From Cycas panzhihuaensis (Eukaryota; Plantae; Cycadophyta): DNA of 64,000 nucleotides. Positions 26,501 to 41,318 of this stretch are shown one piece after another. The DNA lies in NCBI GenBank assembly GCA_023213395.1, contig CM041465.1:126487741-126551740 (forward strand), in the 5' to 3' direction. Within the stretch, counting starts at the first letter, position 1; every line of letters begins with the position of its first letter. Under the pieces are notes generated by a model that made no database searches, was not told the origin of the DNA, and saw nothing but the letters and a program-made list of their open reading frames with translations. Made by a program: the position numbers and the translations under genes.

Positions 26501-28481
26501 TGCAACACTGCCAAAAAAGGTATACCTTTATTAAAACTTTATGAACTTAAAGAAGATAAGTTATGAAAATAAGATTAATTTTAGATTCACGTATTTATTA
26601 TAGGGTGTACCCTATGCTTGGCACAAATAATTACACCCAACTAAGACATGGGAGAATATTATGAAGTAATTTAAGGAGATATTGTAAAAGTTTTTAAGTA
26701 ATGAGGTAGTGGAGTTATCTCTCAAGGAAATGAGATAAAGGCTAGTAGAATTACTATTAATACATATATAAAAAATAAATATTAAAGTTGTAAGTATTAT
26801 GAATGGAGAAAAAATCATGGATTATAATAAGAGAAACTATTTTATAAATGGGCTAAATTCTAAAGTAAGGGCCACAATGGTGACTCATTCCTTGAAATGC
26901 TTCTATTTCACACATGAGTTGGTATGCAACCATAAACCTTATTATTTAGATCACGAGACAAAATGTAATAATTAATAAGCCAAAATATAAATAAACCTTG
27001 CTATTAAGTAACAAAAGTAAAGGAGACCTCAAAAGTAGAAGCCTTTAAAAAGGAAGTCATAAGGTTAAAGTTATAAAGAAAGAAACCTCAACTTACTAAG
27101 GAGAAGAAGAACAAAAAAATATAGGGGTAACGAACGGTAATTGAAGAAGTGGTGTCACATTTGTGATAATAATTCATATTCTGGTAAAAAATGTGACCTA
27201 AATGAGAGGAATAATATGGTAAAAAAGTAAAGTATATGGTGTTATATTTGTGATATGGATAACCATAATATGAATAAACACTATTTTAATATATGTAAAA
27301 CAAACCAATACGGTACAAGTTATGGAAGAAGGAACGACTTAACCATGATGCAATATACTAATGACGCAGGAAGGCATGCGAAAAAATAATAATGCATGAA
27401 GAGAGAGTAAAGGAAATGTACTAAACTAACTAAAATAATAGAGATAAAATTGATCTATCCTCATAGAAAATACCTATAGAGAGATCAAACATCACCTAAT
27501 AAGAAGGCTGTCAAAATCTAAGAGGTCCACTAGAGCATATATGCCTAAACTATTGAGAAAAGTATGTGCTTGGCCTATTGCAGATACCCTTTATAAAGAA
27601 GAATATCCTATCCTAACCCAGACTCTTAAATATACCTAAAACACTAGACTCAATCTTAAAATATGAGAAGGGACTAACTAGAGTAAGAGGCCTAAAGGAG
27701 TTAAGACCACATGATCCATATGATCATTAGGTAGGTTCTTGGAAAATTATCAATAGCAGTGACTCATCTCACATAAGTTTGAGATAGGCTAATAGTACAT
27801 GCATTTAACTCCAACTAGCATCAAGCTCTAATAGGTAAAATTAAAAGAGGCCTTGCTCTCAATAAGATGCATAGAGTTCACTCAGTTGTTTAGGCCACAC
27901 ATAAATGCATAGTGAGGGTAGATGCCCACCATTAGGCCAATCAGAATATGAATCGTAAGACTCTTCTCACATAAGGCCAAAAGATCACCTCTCTCATCTA
28001 ATGGTTAAATCTAGGTTCAAAGAAAGTGATCTACCTTATTTGTAAAAGAATAAGTACTTTGAGATATTATGTATCTTGATGTATTTTGTATATGCAAGAA
28101 GATAATTTATATCTTCTTGTTGTTTAGGAGATTAAAGTCAAATAATTATTGTTGAACTAATTTCTAGGTGTGATGTTGATGTACTCTAAAGTAAATAAAT
28201 GGCAATTCATTATTTTGAATCAAATAAGAAAACCAATGACAAAAAAGAGTTAAATTTAAGATTCGAAATGTTTATTAGATGAATAAAGAGCGTAGAAGTT
28301 ATTTTCTTTCATTGCATTTGGACGTTACTAATATTGACAACACAATGTAGATGATGCACTATAAGGAGCGAATGATTCCCAGGGATTACATCTGCATTCA
28401 TTTTAGTTTGTAGAAATGGTGCTTCAAAGCTTCGTTAGCTGAAAGACATTCCCTTGGGTCAAACTTCAGTAAATCTCGAAG
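23580..28481. repeat. Monomer, K/A mosaic, 4902 bp
   Basis: Junction to junction; mixed diagnostic positions in 23580-24500. Confidence 0.92.
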
Positions 28482-31400
28482 ATGGGGTGTTGTTTGAAGA
28501 AAACCTCTTCTTTAAGGTCTCTATTGAGGAAAGTACCCTTCACATCCATTTGCTAAATATTTCGATTAAATTAGATTGCTAAGGACATAACCAAACGGAA
28601 TGTGATCACATTGGCTACCGGTGCAAAGGTCTTGTGATAATCAATCCATTAATAATTGGGAGGAGGAACATCCATTAATAATTGTTATACCCATTAGGAT
28701 TTAGTTGAATGCTAGTGGCTTCCACCTGAAGTTCATAAACTAAAATTGGATGTAAAGTTATACTTTCTTGAGTTGTTGATGTAGATGCTACTGGAATCGA
28801 TGAAGGAGATGGAGTGTAGGAGGAGGCTAGTTTTGGTGGCTCGACAATTTGTCCAAGAGTCACTTAAGATACAAAACCTACTTCTCTTGCTATAATATAA
28901 GGTTGAGGTGGAGGTAGGTCCTATAAATCTTCTATAAATATTATATCCCGTGTTACGTAAACTTGGTTACCAACTATGTCAAACACTTTATAGGCTTTAC
29001 AACAAAGTACATAGCTAAGGAAGATGCATTTCAGGGTCTTGTCATCAAGCTTCTTTTTGTTTTCCTTTGAAATATATTTATATTCCATGCATCCAAAGAT
29101 CTGCACGAGTACTATCGATGGTTTCTGACCTGACCAAACTTCTTCAAGAGTAATATTCCTGACTGCAATTCTAGGACTTATGTTGGTTAGATAAGTAGTT
29201 ATGGTTGTGGCATCAACCCAAGATCTGGTGGTAAGATTTGCAGGACTAAGCATTGCTTTTCCTTTATTTATCAATGTCTAATTCATTCTTTTGACTACAC
29301 GATTTTGTTGAGTTGTGTGGGGAGATGGGAACTGATGTTGGATGCCATGTTCCTTGCCCAAAATGTTGAACTGATTAGAAATATACTCGCCACCATTATC
29401 AGATCTAAGGAGCTTGATTATCATTCTACTTTTCTTTTCTATGGCAGCTTTGAACTCTTTGAATTTATTTAGGGTTTTATACTTATTTCTTAGGAAATAG
29501 ACCTACATTTTCCTTGAGATGTCATCTATGAATGTGATGAAATGCCAGTTTTTATTGAGTGGTTAGACAGGTATCAACCAGTAAATTTCTGGGTGGACCA
29601 TCTCTAACGGTGCTGGGGATCTCCATGCGTTCTTAGAAGGAAAATTTTCTCGTTAGTACTTTTCTATTAGGCAAGCCTGACATATGTTGTTGTACCTCTT
29701 AATTTTATGTAAACCGTGTACGCTTTGGAGCTTAAACGTGAGGTCCAAGCTTTGCATGTTTAAATGGCTTAGTCATTAAATCCATAGATATACTTTGGAG
29801 CTATTTAAGATGACAATTTCCTTTCAATATGAGAATTGACCTGGTTCTTATATACAAGGAGACTCTTCATTAATGACTTCATTTACCTTATCAGTTTGAG
29901 CTGTGTTGGGAATTGAACAAGCTTTATTTTATAGAGTAGTTGTAAGGGGGATACCACCAAACCTATATAGGCCACCATCTTCATGTCTTTTGGCCACAGG
30001 TTTGCATGTTGCATGATCTGCGATTCTACTAATGCCCTAGCTAAAGAGGACATCTAAATTCGGTTTATTTATTTCATTGATAGAGAGCAAGTTCATCTCC
30101 ATTTCGGGTGCAAGGAATATATTATTGATGTGGTGCCTCGTATTGGAGTCCTTCAAAGCTATTGGAGCACTACCAATTTTGGTTATTATCGTAAGTCAAA
30201 TTATCCCCAAATGTGAAAGTTTGAGTATGGATTGGGCGGGTCTCTTCTAACATTTTTTCTAATCTGATCATATATCTCGTTACAACTGTCTCAAGGAGCC
30301 ATGCATCCTCATCAAGTTGTGAAGAAGCAGCTGCAAAGAATAGGTTATGGAAGGAGGAATCCTAATTGTCTACCACATTACTTCCCTATTATTTATTATT
30401 ATGCTGGTTCCTTCAATTTTTGATAGTGAATTGCTGCTTATTTTGAGGTCTTTCTCCTTGAGCAGGTCTCAGATTCCAATTGTGTTGGTAGAATTAGCCT
30501 TGTGGTTGGAATGATGACCCTTCTTATTATTGAATAAGGCCTCTTTATTAGAAATATCAGCCTCCTTGTTACAAAATAAGACCTCACTATTATGGAAACA
30601 AGGCTCTTTGTAGAAGGCACGATCCTTCTTAGTAATATCCTTGTCTCTATTAAGAGTAACTAAGACCTCCTTGTTGATATGAGGGTGGTTCTTATTAGTA
30701 GATTAGGCCTAATCGTTGATAATAAGAGGTAGCTTATTAGAAGCGAGGCCCATATGATTGGCTCAATTGATTTTACAAGAGCTGTAAATCAACTTGTCCT
30801 CACTTGCATTAACTAAGTGTCTTTTCTAATTATAGTAGAGGCAACTGACATTTGGCCTCACCTATTAATTCTTTTAAAGTTGTGCATATGGCTGGTATTG
30901 AGATTGCTGATGCCAATGAGTTAAACGGGAGGATGAGGTGTTAATTGGTTATTACTTCTCTTAGGTTGGATGTTGATATGGCTCTTGGGATGTGGTCAGA
31001 GAATCCAATTGTTGAGTTAGATCTTGGTGTTGACTAAGCTGTTGAGTTGATCTATTGATAGTCTTACGCTTTTATGAGTTATGGGCTGTAAAGGTAGGAG
31101 CGGGGTTAGATATACATGTCGCCCTAAGTCAGTTGAGTATATTCTCCTCTTATAACAAGAGTTCCTCACAGGTCGTGAAGTCTATTTTGGAATAATTACC
31201 ATGTAATTCGGAAACAAAGGAGTTATATTCAATAGATAGGATGTCAGTGATGCTAGAGATTAAATCATGGTTTAAAAGTAGTTCATTAAGGATTATAAGT
31301 TAGTTCCTAGTTATTTTGACTTTAATGAAGTGGTATGCAACACTGCCAAAAAACGTATACCTTTATTAAAACTTTATGAACTTAAAGAAGATAAGTTATG

Positions 31401-33319
31401 AAAATAAGATTAATTTTAGATTCACGTATTTATTATAAGGTGTACCCTATGCTTGGCACAAATAATTACACCCAACTAAGACATGGGAGAATATTATGAA
31501 GTAATTTAAGGAGATATTGTAAAAGTTTTTAAGTAATGAGGTAGTGGAGTTATCTCTCAAGGAAATGAGATAAAGGCTAGTAGAATTACTATTAATACAT
31601 ATATAAAAAATAAATATTAAAGTTGTAAGTATTATGAATGGAGAAAAAATCATGGATTATAATAAGAGAAACTATTTTATAAATGGGCTAAATTCTAAAG
31701 TAAGGGCCACAATGGTGACTCATTCCTTGAAATGCTTCTATTTCACACATGAGTTGGTATGCAACCATAAATCTTATTATTTAGATCACGAGCCAAAATG
31801 TAATAATTAATAAGCCAAAATATAAATAAACCTTGCTATTAAGTAACAAAAGTAAAGGAGACCTCAAAAGTAGAAGCCTTTAAAAAGGAAGTCATAAGGT
31901 TAAAGTTATAAAGAAAGAAACCTCAACTTACTAAGGAGAAGAAGAACAAAAAAATATAGGGGTAATGAACCGTAATTGAAGAAGTGGTGTCACATTTGTG
32001 ATAATAATTCTTATTCTGGTAAAAAATGTGACCTAAATGAGAGGAATAATATGGTAAAAAAATAAAGTATATGGTGTTATATTTGTGATTTGGATAACCA
32101 TAAAATGAATAAACACTATTTTAATATATGTAAAATAAACCAATACGGTACAAGTTATGGAAGAAGGAACAACTGAACCATGATGCAATATACTAATGAA
32201 GCAGGAAGGCATGTGAAAAAGTAATAATGCATGAAGAGAGAGTAAAGGAAATGTACTAAACTAACTAAAATAATAGAGATAAAATTAATCTATCCTCATA
32301 GAAAATACCTATAGAGAGATCAAACATCACGTAATAAGAAGGCTGTCAAAATCTAAGAGGCCCACTAGAGCATATATGCCCAAACTATTGAGAAAAGTAT
32401 GTGCTTGGCCTATTGTAGATGCCCTTTATAAAGAAAAATGCCCTATCCTAACCCAGACTCTTAAATATACCTAAAACACTAGACTCAATCTTAAAATATG
32501 AGAAGGGACTAACTAGAGCAAGAGGCCTAAAGGAGTTAAGACCATAGGATCCATATGATCATTAGGTAGGTTCTTGGAAAATTATCAATAGTAGTGACTC
32601 ATCTCACATAAGTTTGAGATAGGCTAATAGTACATGCATTTAACTCCAACTAGCATCAAGCTCTAATAGGTAAAATAAAAAGAGGCTACTGCTCTCAATA
32701 AGATGTATAGAGTTCACTCAGTTGTTGAGGCCACACATATAAATGCATAGTGAGGGTGGATGCCCACCATTAGGCCAATCAGAATATGAATCGTAAGACT
32801 CTTCTCACATAAGGCCAAAAGATCACCTCTCTCATCTAATGGTTAAATCTAGGTTCAAAGAAAGTGATCTACGTTATTTGTAAAAGAATAAGTACTTTGA
32901 GATATTATGTATCTTGATGTATTTTGTATATGCAAGAAGATAATTTATATCTTCTTGTTGTTTAGGAGATTAAAGTCAAATAATTATTGTTGAACTAATT
33001 TCTAGGTGTGATGTTGATGTACTCTAAAGTAAATAAATAGGAATTCATTATTTTGAATCAAATAAGAAAACCAATGACAAAAAAGAGTTAAATTTAAGAA
33101 TTGAAATGTTTACTAGACGAATAAAGAGCGTAGAAGCTGTTTTCTTTCATTGTGTTTGGACGTTACTAATATTGACAACACAATGTAGATGATGCACTAT
33201 CAAGAGCGAATGATTCCCAGGGATTACATCTACCTTCATTTTAGTTTGTAGAAATGGTGCTTCAAAGCTTCCTTAGCAGAAAGACGTTCCCTTGGGTCAA
33301 ACTTCAACAAACCTCGAAG
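28482..33319. repeat. Monomer, A-type, with a ~70-bp net deletion at ~28648, 4838 bp
   Basis: Junction to junction. Confidence 0.93.
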
Positions 33320-36300
33320 ATGGGGTGTTGTTTGAAGAAAACGTCTTCTTTAAGGTCTCTATTGAGGAAAGTACCCTTCACATCTGTTTGCTAAATATGT
33401 CGATTAAATTAGATTGCTGAGGACAAAACCAAATGGAATGTGATCACATTGGCTACCGGTGCAAAGGTCTTATCATAATCAATCCCCTCTTGTTATTTAA
33501 AAGCTCTTGCTATAAGGCGAGCTTTGCGAGTGTCATACTTTGTAAGGCCTTTTAGCAGTTATGGGAGGAGGAACATCCATTAATAATTGTTATACCCATT
33601 AGGATTTAGTTGAATGCTAGTGGCTTCCACCTGAAGTTCATCAACTAAAATTGGAGGTAAAGTTATACTTTCTTGAGTTGTTGATGTAGATGCTACTGGA
33701 ATCGATGAAGGAGCTGGACTGTAGGAGGAGACTAGTTTTGATGGCTCCACAATTTGTCCAAGAGTCACTTAAGATACATAAACTACTTCTACTACTATAA
33801 TATAAGGTTGAGGTGAAGGTAGGACCTATGAATCTTCTATAAATATTATATCCCGTGTTGCGTAAAATTGGTTACCAACTATGTCAAACACTTTATAGGC
33901 TTTACAACCAAGTACATAGCTAAAGAAGATGCATTTTAGGCTCTTGTCATCAAGCTTCTTTTCATTTTCCTTTGAAATATATTTATATTCCATGCATCCA
34001 AAGATCTGCACGAGTACTATCGATGGTTTCTGACCTGACCAAACTTGTTCAAGAGTAATATTCTTAACTGCAATTCTAGGACTTATGTTGGTTAGGTAAG
34101 TAGTTATGGTTGTGGCATCAACCGAAGATCTGGTGGTAAGATTTGCCACACTAAGCATGGCTTTTCCTTTATTTATCAATGTCTAATTCATTCTTTTGAC
34201 TACACCATTTTGTTGAGCTGTGTGAGGAGTTGGGAACTGATGTTGGATGCCATGTTCTTTGCCCAAAATGTTGAACTGATTAGAACTATAATCTAAGCCA
34301 CCATTATCAGATCTAAGTAGCTTGATTATCATTCTACTTTTCTTTTCTATGGCAGCTTTGAACTCTTTGAATTTATTTAGGGTTTTATACTTATTTCTTA
34401 GGAGGTAGACCTACATTTTCCTTGAGAAGTCATCTATGAATGTGATGAAATGCCAGCTTTTATTGAGTGGTTAGACAGGTACCGATCCGTGAATTTCTGG
34501 GTGGACCATCTCTAACGGCGCTGAGGATCTCCATGCGTTCTTAGAAGGAAAAATTTCTCGTTAGTGCTTTTCTATTAGGCAAGCCTCACATATGTTGTTG
34601 TACCTCTTAATTTTATGTAAACCATGTACCATTTGGAGCTTAAACATGAGGTCCAAGCTTTGTATGTTTAAATGACTTAGGTATTAATTCCATAGGTATA
34701 CTTTGGAGCTATTTGAGATGATAATTTCCTTTCAATATGAGAATTCACCTGGTTCTTATATACAGGGGGACTCTTCATTAATGACTTCATTTATCTCATC
34801 AATTTGAGCTGTGTTGGGAATTGAACAAGCTTCATTTTATGGAGTAGTTGTAAGGGGGATACCACCCAACCTATATAGGCCACCATCTTCATATCTTATG
34901 GCCACAAGCTTGCACGTTGCATGATCTGCGATTCTACTAATGCCCTAGATAAAGAGGACATCTAAATTCTGTTTGTTTATTTCATTGATAGAGGGCAAGT
35001 TCATCTCCATTTCCGGTGCAAGGAATATATTATTGATGTGGTGCCTCATATTGGAGTCCTTCAAAGCTATTGGAGCCCTACCAATTTTGGTATTATCGTA
35101 AGTCAAATTATCCCCAAATGTGATAGTTTAAGTATCGACTGGGCGGGTCTCTTCTAACATTTTTTCTAATCCGATCATATATCTCGTTGCACCTGACTCA
35201 AGGAGCCATGCATCCTCATCAAGTTGTGAAGAAAGAGCTGCAAAGAATAGGTGATGGAAGGAGGAATCCTAATTGTGTACCACATTACTTCCGTATTATT
35301 TATTATTATCTTTGGTTTGTTTAATTTTTGATAGTGAATTGTAGCTTATTTTGAGGTCTTTCTCCTTGAGCAGGTCTCAGATTCCAATTGTGTTGGTAGA
35401 ATTGGCCTTGTGGTTGGAATGATGACCCTTCTTATTGTTGAATAAGGCCTCTTTATTGGAAATATGGGCCTCCTTGTTACAAAATAAGACCTCGCTATTA
35501 TGGAAACGGGGCTCTTTGTAGAAGGCATGATCCTCCTTAGTAATATCCTTGTCTCTATTAAGAGTAACTAGGACCTCCTTGTTGATATGAGGGTGGTCCT
35601 TATTAGTAGATTAGGCCTAATCGTTGATAATAAGAGGTAGCTTATTAGAAGCGAGGCCTATATGATTAGTTCAATTGATTTTACAAGAGTTGTGAATCAA
35701 CTTGTCCTCACTTGCATTAACAGAAGTGTCTTTTTTTATCATAGTAGAGGCAACTGACATCTGGTCTAACCTATTAATTATTTTAAAGTTGTGCATATGG
35801 CTGGTATTGAGACTGCTGATGCCAATGAGTTAGACGGGAGGAGGAGGTGTTAATTGGTTATTACTTCTCTTAGGTTGGTTGTTGATATGGCTCTTGGGAT
35901 ATGGTCAGAGAATCCAAGTGTTGAGTTAGATCTTGGTGTTGACTAAGCTGTTGAGTTGATCTATTGATAGTCTTACGCTTTTATGAGTTATGGGCTGTAA
36001 AGGTAGGAGCGGGGTTAGATATAAATGTCGCCCCAAGTCAGTCAGTTGAGTATATTCTCCTCTTATAACAAGAGTTCCTCACAGGTCGTGAAGTCTATTT
36101 TGGAATAATTACCATTTAATTTGGAAACAAAGGAGTTATATTCTATAGGTAGGATGTCAATGATGCTAGAGATTAAATCATGGTTTGAAAGTGCTTCATT
36201 AAGGATTATAAGTTACTTCCCAGTTATTTTGACTTTAATCAAGTGGTGTGCAACGCTGCCAAAAAATGTATACCTTTATCAAAACGTTATGAACTTAAAG

Positions 36301-38016
36301 AAGATAAGTCATGAAAATAAGATTAATTTTAGATTCACCTATTCATTATAGGGTGTACCCTATGCTTGGCACAAATAATTATACCCAACTAAGACATGGG
36401 AGAATATTATGAAGTAATTTAAGGAGATATTGTAAAAGTTTTTAAGTAATGAGGTAGTGGAGTTATCTCTCAAGGAAATGAGATAAAGGCTAGTAGAATT
36501 ACTTTTAATACGTATATGAAAAATAAATATTAAAGTTGTAAGTATTATGAATGGAGAAAAAATCATGGATTATAAGAAGAGAAACTATTTTACAAATGGG
36601 CTAAATTCCATTTCACACATGAGTTGGTATTACACTTTGAGAAAGAGATGGGCATTTAAAAGGCGACCATAAACCTTATTATTTAGATCCCAAGATAAAA
36701 TGTAATAATTAAGAAGCCAAAATATAAATAAACCTTGCTATTAAGTAATAAAAATAAAGGAGACCTCAAAAGTAGAAGCCTTTAAAAAGGAAGTCACAAG
36801 ATTAAAGTTATAAAGAAAGAAACCTAAACTTACTAAGGAGAAGAAGAACAAAAAAATATAGGGGTAACGAACCGTAATTAAAGAAGTGGTGTAAAATTTG
36901 TGATAATAATTCATATTCTAGTAAAAAATGTGACCTAAATGAGAGGAATAATATGGTAAAAAAGTAAAGTACATGGTGTTATATTTGTGATATGGATAAC
37001 CATAATATGAATAAACACTATTTTAATATATGTAAAACAAACCAATACGGTACAAGTTATGGAAGAAGGAACGACTTAATCATGATGCAATATACTAATG
37101 ACGCAGGAAGGCATGTGAAAAAATAATAATGCATGAAGAGAGTAAAGGAAATGTACTAAACTAACTAAAATAATAGAGATAAAATTGATCTATCCTCATA
37201 GAAAATACCTATAGAGAGATCAAACATCACCTAATAAGAAGTCTATCAAAATCTAAGAGGTCCACTAGAGCATATATGCCTAAACTATTGAGACAAGTAT
37301 GTGCTTGGCCTATTGCAGATACCCTTTATAAAGGAGAATATCCTATCCTAACCCAGACTCTTAAATATACCTAAAACACTAGACTCAATCTTAAAATATG
37401 AGAAGGGACTAACTAGAGTAAGAGGCCTAAAGGAGTTAAGACCACACTGAGCGTAGATGCCCACCATTAGGCCATTCAGAATATGAATCGTAAGACTCTT
37501 CTCACATAAGGCCAAAAGATCACCTCTCTCATCTAATGGTTAAATCTAGGTTCAAAGAAAGTGATCTACCTTATTTGTAAAAGAATAAGTACTTTGAGAT
37601 ATTATGTATCTTGATGTATTTTGTATATGCAAGAAGATAATTTATATCTTCTTGTTGTTTAGGAGATTAAAGTCAAATAATTATTGTTGAACTAATTTCT
37701 AGGTATGATGTTGATGTACTCTAAAGTAAATAAATGGCAATTCATTATTTTGAATCAAATAAGAAAACCAATGACAAAAAAGAGTTAAATTTAAGAATCA
37801 AAATGTTTACTAGACGAATAAAGAGCGTAGAAGCTGTTTTCTTTCATTGTGTTTGGACGTTACTAATATTGACAACACAACGTAGATGACGCACTATCAG
37901 GACCGAATGATTCCCAGGGATTACATCTACGTTCATTTTAGTTTGTAGAAATGGTGCTTCAAAGCTTCCTTAGCTGAAAGACATTCCCTTGGGTCAAACT
38001 TCAACAAACCTCAAAG
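33320..38016. repeat. Monomer, B-type copia part, with 43-bp and ~200-bp deletions, 4697 bp
   Basis: Junction to junction; deletions at ~36608 and ~37446. Confidence 0.93.
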
Positions 38017-41000
38017 ATGGGGTGTTGTTTGAAGAAAACCCCTTCTTTAAGGTCCCTATTGAGGAAAGTACCCTTCACATCCATTTGTTAAATATGCCGA
38101 TTAAATTAGATTGCAAAGGACATAACCAAATGGAATGTGATCACATTGGCTACTGGTGCAAAGGTCTTGTCATAATCAATCCCCTCTTGTTATTTAAAAC
38201 CTCTTGCTATAAGGCGAGCTTTGCGAGTGTCATACTTTGTAAGGCCTTTTAGTAGTTATGGGAGGAGGAACATCCATTAATAATTATTATACCCATTAGG
38301 ATGTAGTTGAATGCTAGTGGCTTCCACCTGAAGTTCATCAACTAAAATTGGAGCTAAAGTTATACTTTCTTGAGTTGTTGATGTAGATGCTACTGGAATC
38401 GATGAAGGAGCTGGAGTATAGGAGGTTAGTTTTGGTGGCTCCACAATTTGTCCAAGAATCACTTAACATACACAAACTACTTCTACTGCTGTAATATAAG
38501 GTTGAGGTGAAGGTAGGTCCTATGAATCTTCTATAAATATTATATCCCGTGTTGCGTAAACTTGGTTACCAACTATGTCAAACACTTTATAGGCTTTACA
38601 ACCAAGTACATAGCTAAAGAAGATGCATTTCAGTCTCTTGTCATCAAGCTTCTTTTTGTTTTCCTTTGAAATATATTTATATTCCATGCATCCAAAGATC
38701 TGCACGAGTACTATCGATGGTTTCTGACCTGACCAAACTTCTTCAAGAGTAATATTCCTGACTGCAATTCTAGGACTTATGTTGGTTAGATAAGTAGTTA
38801 TGGTTGTGGCATCAACCCAAGATCTGGTGGTCAGATTTGCAACACTAAGCACGGCTTTTCCTTTATTTATCAATGTCTAATTCATTCTTTTGACTACACC
38901 ATTTTGTTGAGGTGTGTGGGGAGCTGGGAATTGATGTTGGATGCCATGTTCCTTGCCCAAAATGTTGGACTGATTAGAAATATACTCAAAGCCACCATTA
39001 TCAGATCTAAGGGGCTTGATTATCATTCTACTTTCCTTTTCTATGGCAGCTTTGAACTGTTTGAATTTATTTGGGGTTTTATACTCATTTCTCAGGAAAT
39101 AGACCTACATTTTCCTTGAGAAGTCATCTATGAATGTGATGAAATGCGAGTTCGTATTGAGTGGTTAGACAGGTACCAACCTGTAAATTTCTGGATGGAC
39201 CATCTCTAACGGCGCTGGGGATCTCCATGTGTTCTTAGAAGGAAAATTTTCTCGTTAGTGCTTTTCTGTTAGGCAAGCCCCACATATGTTGTTGTACCTC
39301 TTAATTTTATGTAAACCATGTACCATTTGGAGCTTAAATATGAGGTCCAAGATTTGCATGTTTTAAATGACTCAGGCATTAATTCCATAGGTATACTTTG
39401 GAGCTACTGAGATGGCATTTTCCTTTCAATATGAGAATTCACCCGGTTCTTATATACAAGGGGATTCTTCATTAACGACTTCATTTACCTTATCAATTTG
39501 AGCTATGTTGGGCATTGAACAAGCTTCATTTTATGGAGTAGTTGTAATGGGGATACCACCCGACCTATATAGGCCACCATCTTCATGTCTTGTGGCCAGA
39601 GGTTTGCATGTTGCATGATCTGCGATTCTACTAATGCCCTAGCCAAAGAGGATATCTAAATGATGTTTGTTTATTTCCTTGATAGAGAGCCAGTTCGTCT
39701 CCATTTCGGGTGCAAGGAAATGATCACCTCTCTAATCTAATGATTAAATCTAGGTTCGAAAAAAGTGATCTGCGTTGTTTGTAAAAGAATAAGGACCTTG
39801 ACATATTATGTATCTTGATTTATTTTGTATATGCAAGAAAATAATTTATATCTTTTGTCGTTTAGGAGATTAGAGTCAAATAATTATTGTTCAACTAATT
39901 TCTAGGCGTGGCGTTGATGTACTCTAAAGGCAATTCATTATTTTGAATCAAATAAGAAAAATCATGACAAAAAATAATTAAATTTAAGAGACGAAATGTT
40001 TACAGACGAATAAAGGCGTAGAAGCCGTTTTCTTTCATTGCGTTTGGGCGTCACTAATATTGACAACACAACGTAGGACGCACTATCGAGGCGAATGATT
40101 CCAGGATTAAATCTACGTTCATTTTAGTTTGAAGAAGTGGTGGTTCAAAGCTTCGTTGGAAAGACGCGCTCCCTTGGGTCAAACTTCAACAAACCACGAA
40201 GCAAATCAATGAGGGCTTGATGAGGGATCCCATTTTGATTGACAAGATTCCGCAGCGAGGCAATCTACGGACTAGTCGAACTCTGTCTGCAGGTGCGGCC
40301 GTGGCGATTGAGTTAGTACCATTTCTAATGTACTCCCTTCCACAATGAGCCCATTTTATCATATGTTGAGGAATTGGTCCCAATACCGTTGCATCATTGC
40401 AAGGTGTTCCAAATCATCATCGATGCGAAAAGGGCATTTCCACAGAATAATTCCGCCAAAAGCACCCAACACTCCACAAATCGATAGGATAACTCCATCC
40501 AACACCCATTACCACCTCGTGCTCGGTAACCTCTCGTGGTAACTACCTTGCGATGGTATTGGTTCCGGAATGTGGCATTACCAAAATCTATGAGTTTAAT
40601 TGCACTCGAGGGGAATGCACTTATAACGATTCTTACGATCAGAGAATTCTTGTCATATTCCGAGGAGGCGAGAAGAATGTTATCGGGCTTTAGATCGATG
40701 TGAGAGAGTGAGCTCATGAATGAATGCAAGACCTCCAACGGTGACGTCGAATTCCGAATCGGAACAACAGACATAAGGTAGGTGATTGTTTCTACGTAAT
40801 AAATCGTATAAACTCGGTCAAGCTTTTCACAAACAATGCACACATGGGCACCAAAATGAAACCAAGTCTTCAATTTGAGCACCGGGATCCATTGGTATCA
40901 AACTCGCTATCCTGCGAAGAATGTCAATTTCGGTCATTTTGCAACACCATATTGCCATTCACTGCGGATAACCTTGATGGCTACATGCTCTTGCTTTTCA

Positions 41001-41318
41001 CCGTCCCAACAATCTAAAACTCTACCAAAAGTTCCTTCGCCCAGTTTGCTAATAATCCTGTATCGAGATGTTATGTTTTCTCCAACCTCAAACACGTAGT
41101 GCCCATCTTTGTTATCCGGTCGCCATGGATGGGACGCAACAGCATGTACATGGTTAGATCTCATCTCATCACGCTCCTTTTTCTTCCCGTGATTGGACCG
41201 TGACTCTTTAATACAACGACTTGTGGAAGGTTGTTTATAATAAACTGCGCTCTCCATACCAAAACCTCTTCCAAGAGATCAACCGAGCGATTATTTCAGC
41301 GTGTGTATCGAATTATTT
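36276..41318. repeat. Direct duplication of 1-~5250 (K-type monomer plus kinase gene)
   Basis: Shares K-specific variants (MILGQ...KLT, LAPILVDE, LHPNG, DDKRLKC), the same GCAAGGAA|ATGATCACC junction (3649 vs 39720) and the kinase copy. Confidence 0.93.
40119..41257 (-). pseudogene. AFC: Intronless AFC/LAMMER kinase, copy 2; intact N-terminus, many small indels downstream, upstream region truncated at ~41318
   Basis: ORF pieces 40934-41257 (MESAVYY...GEGTFG...VAIK), 40394-40882 (DLKPDN, DFG) and 40186-40383; colinear with copy 1. Confidence 0.9.
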
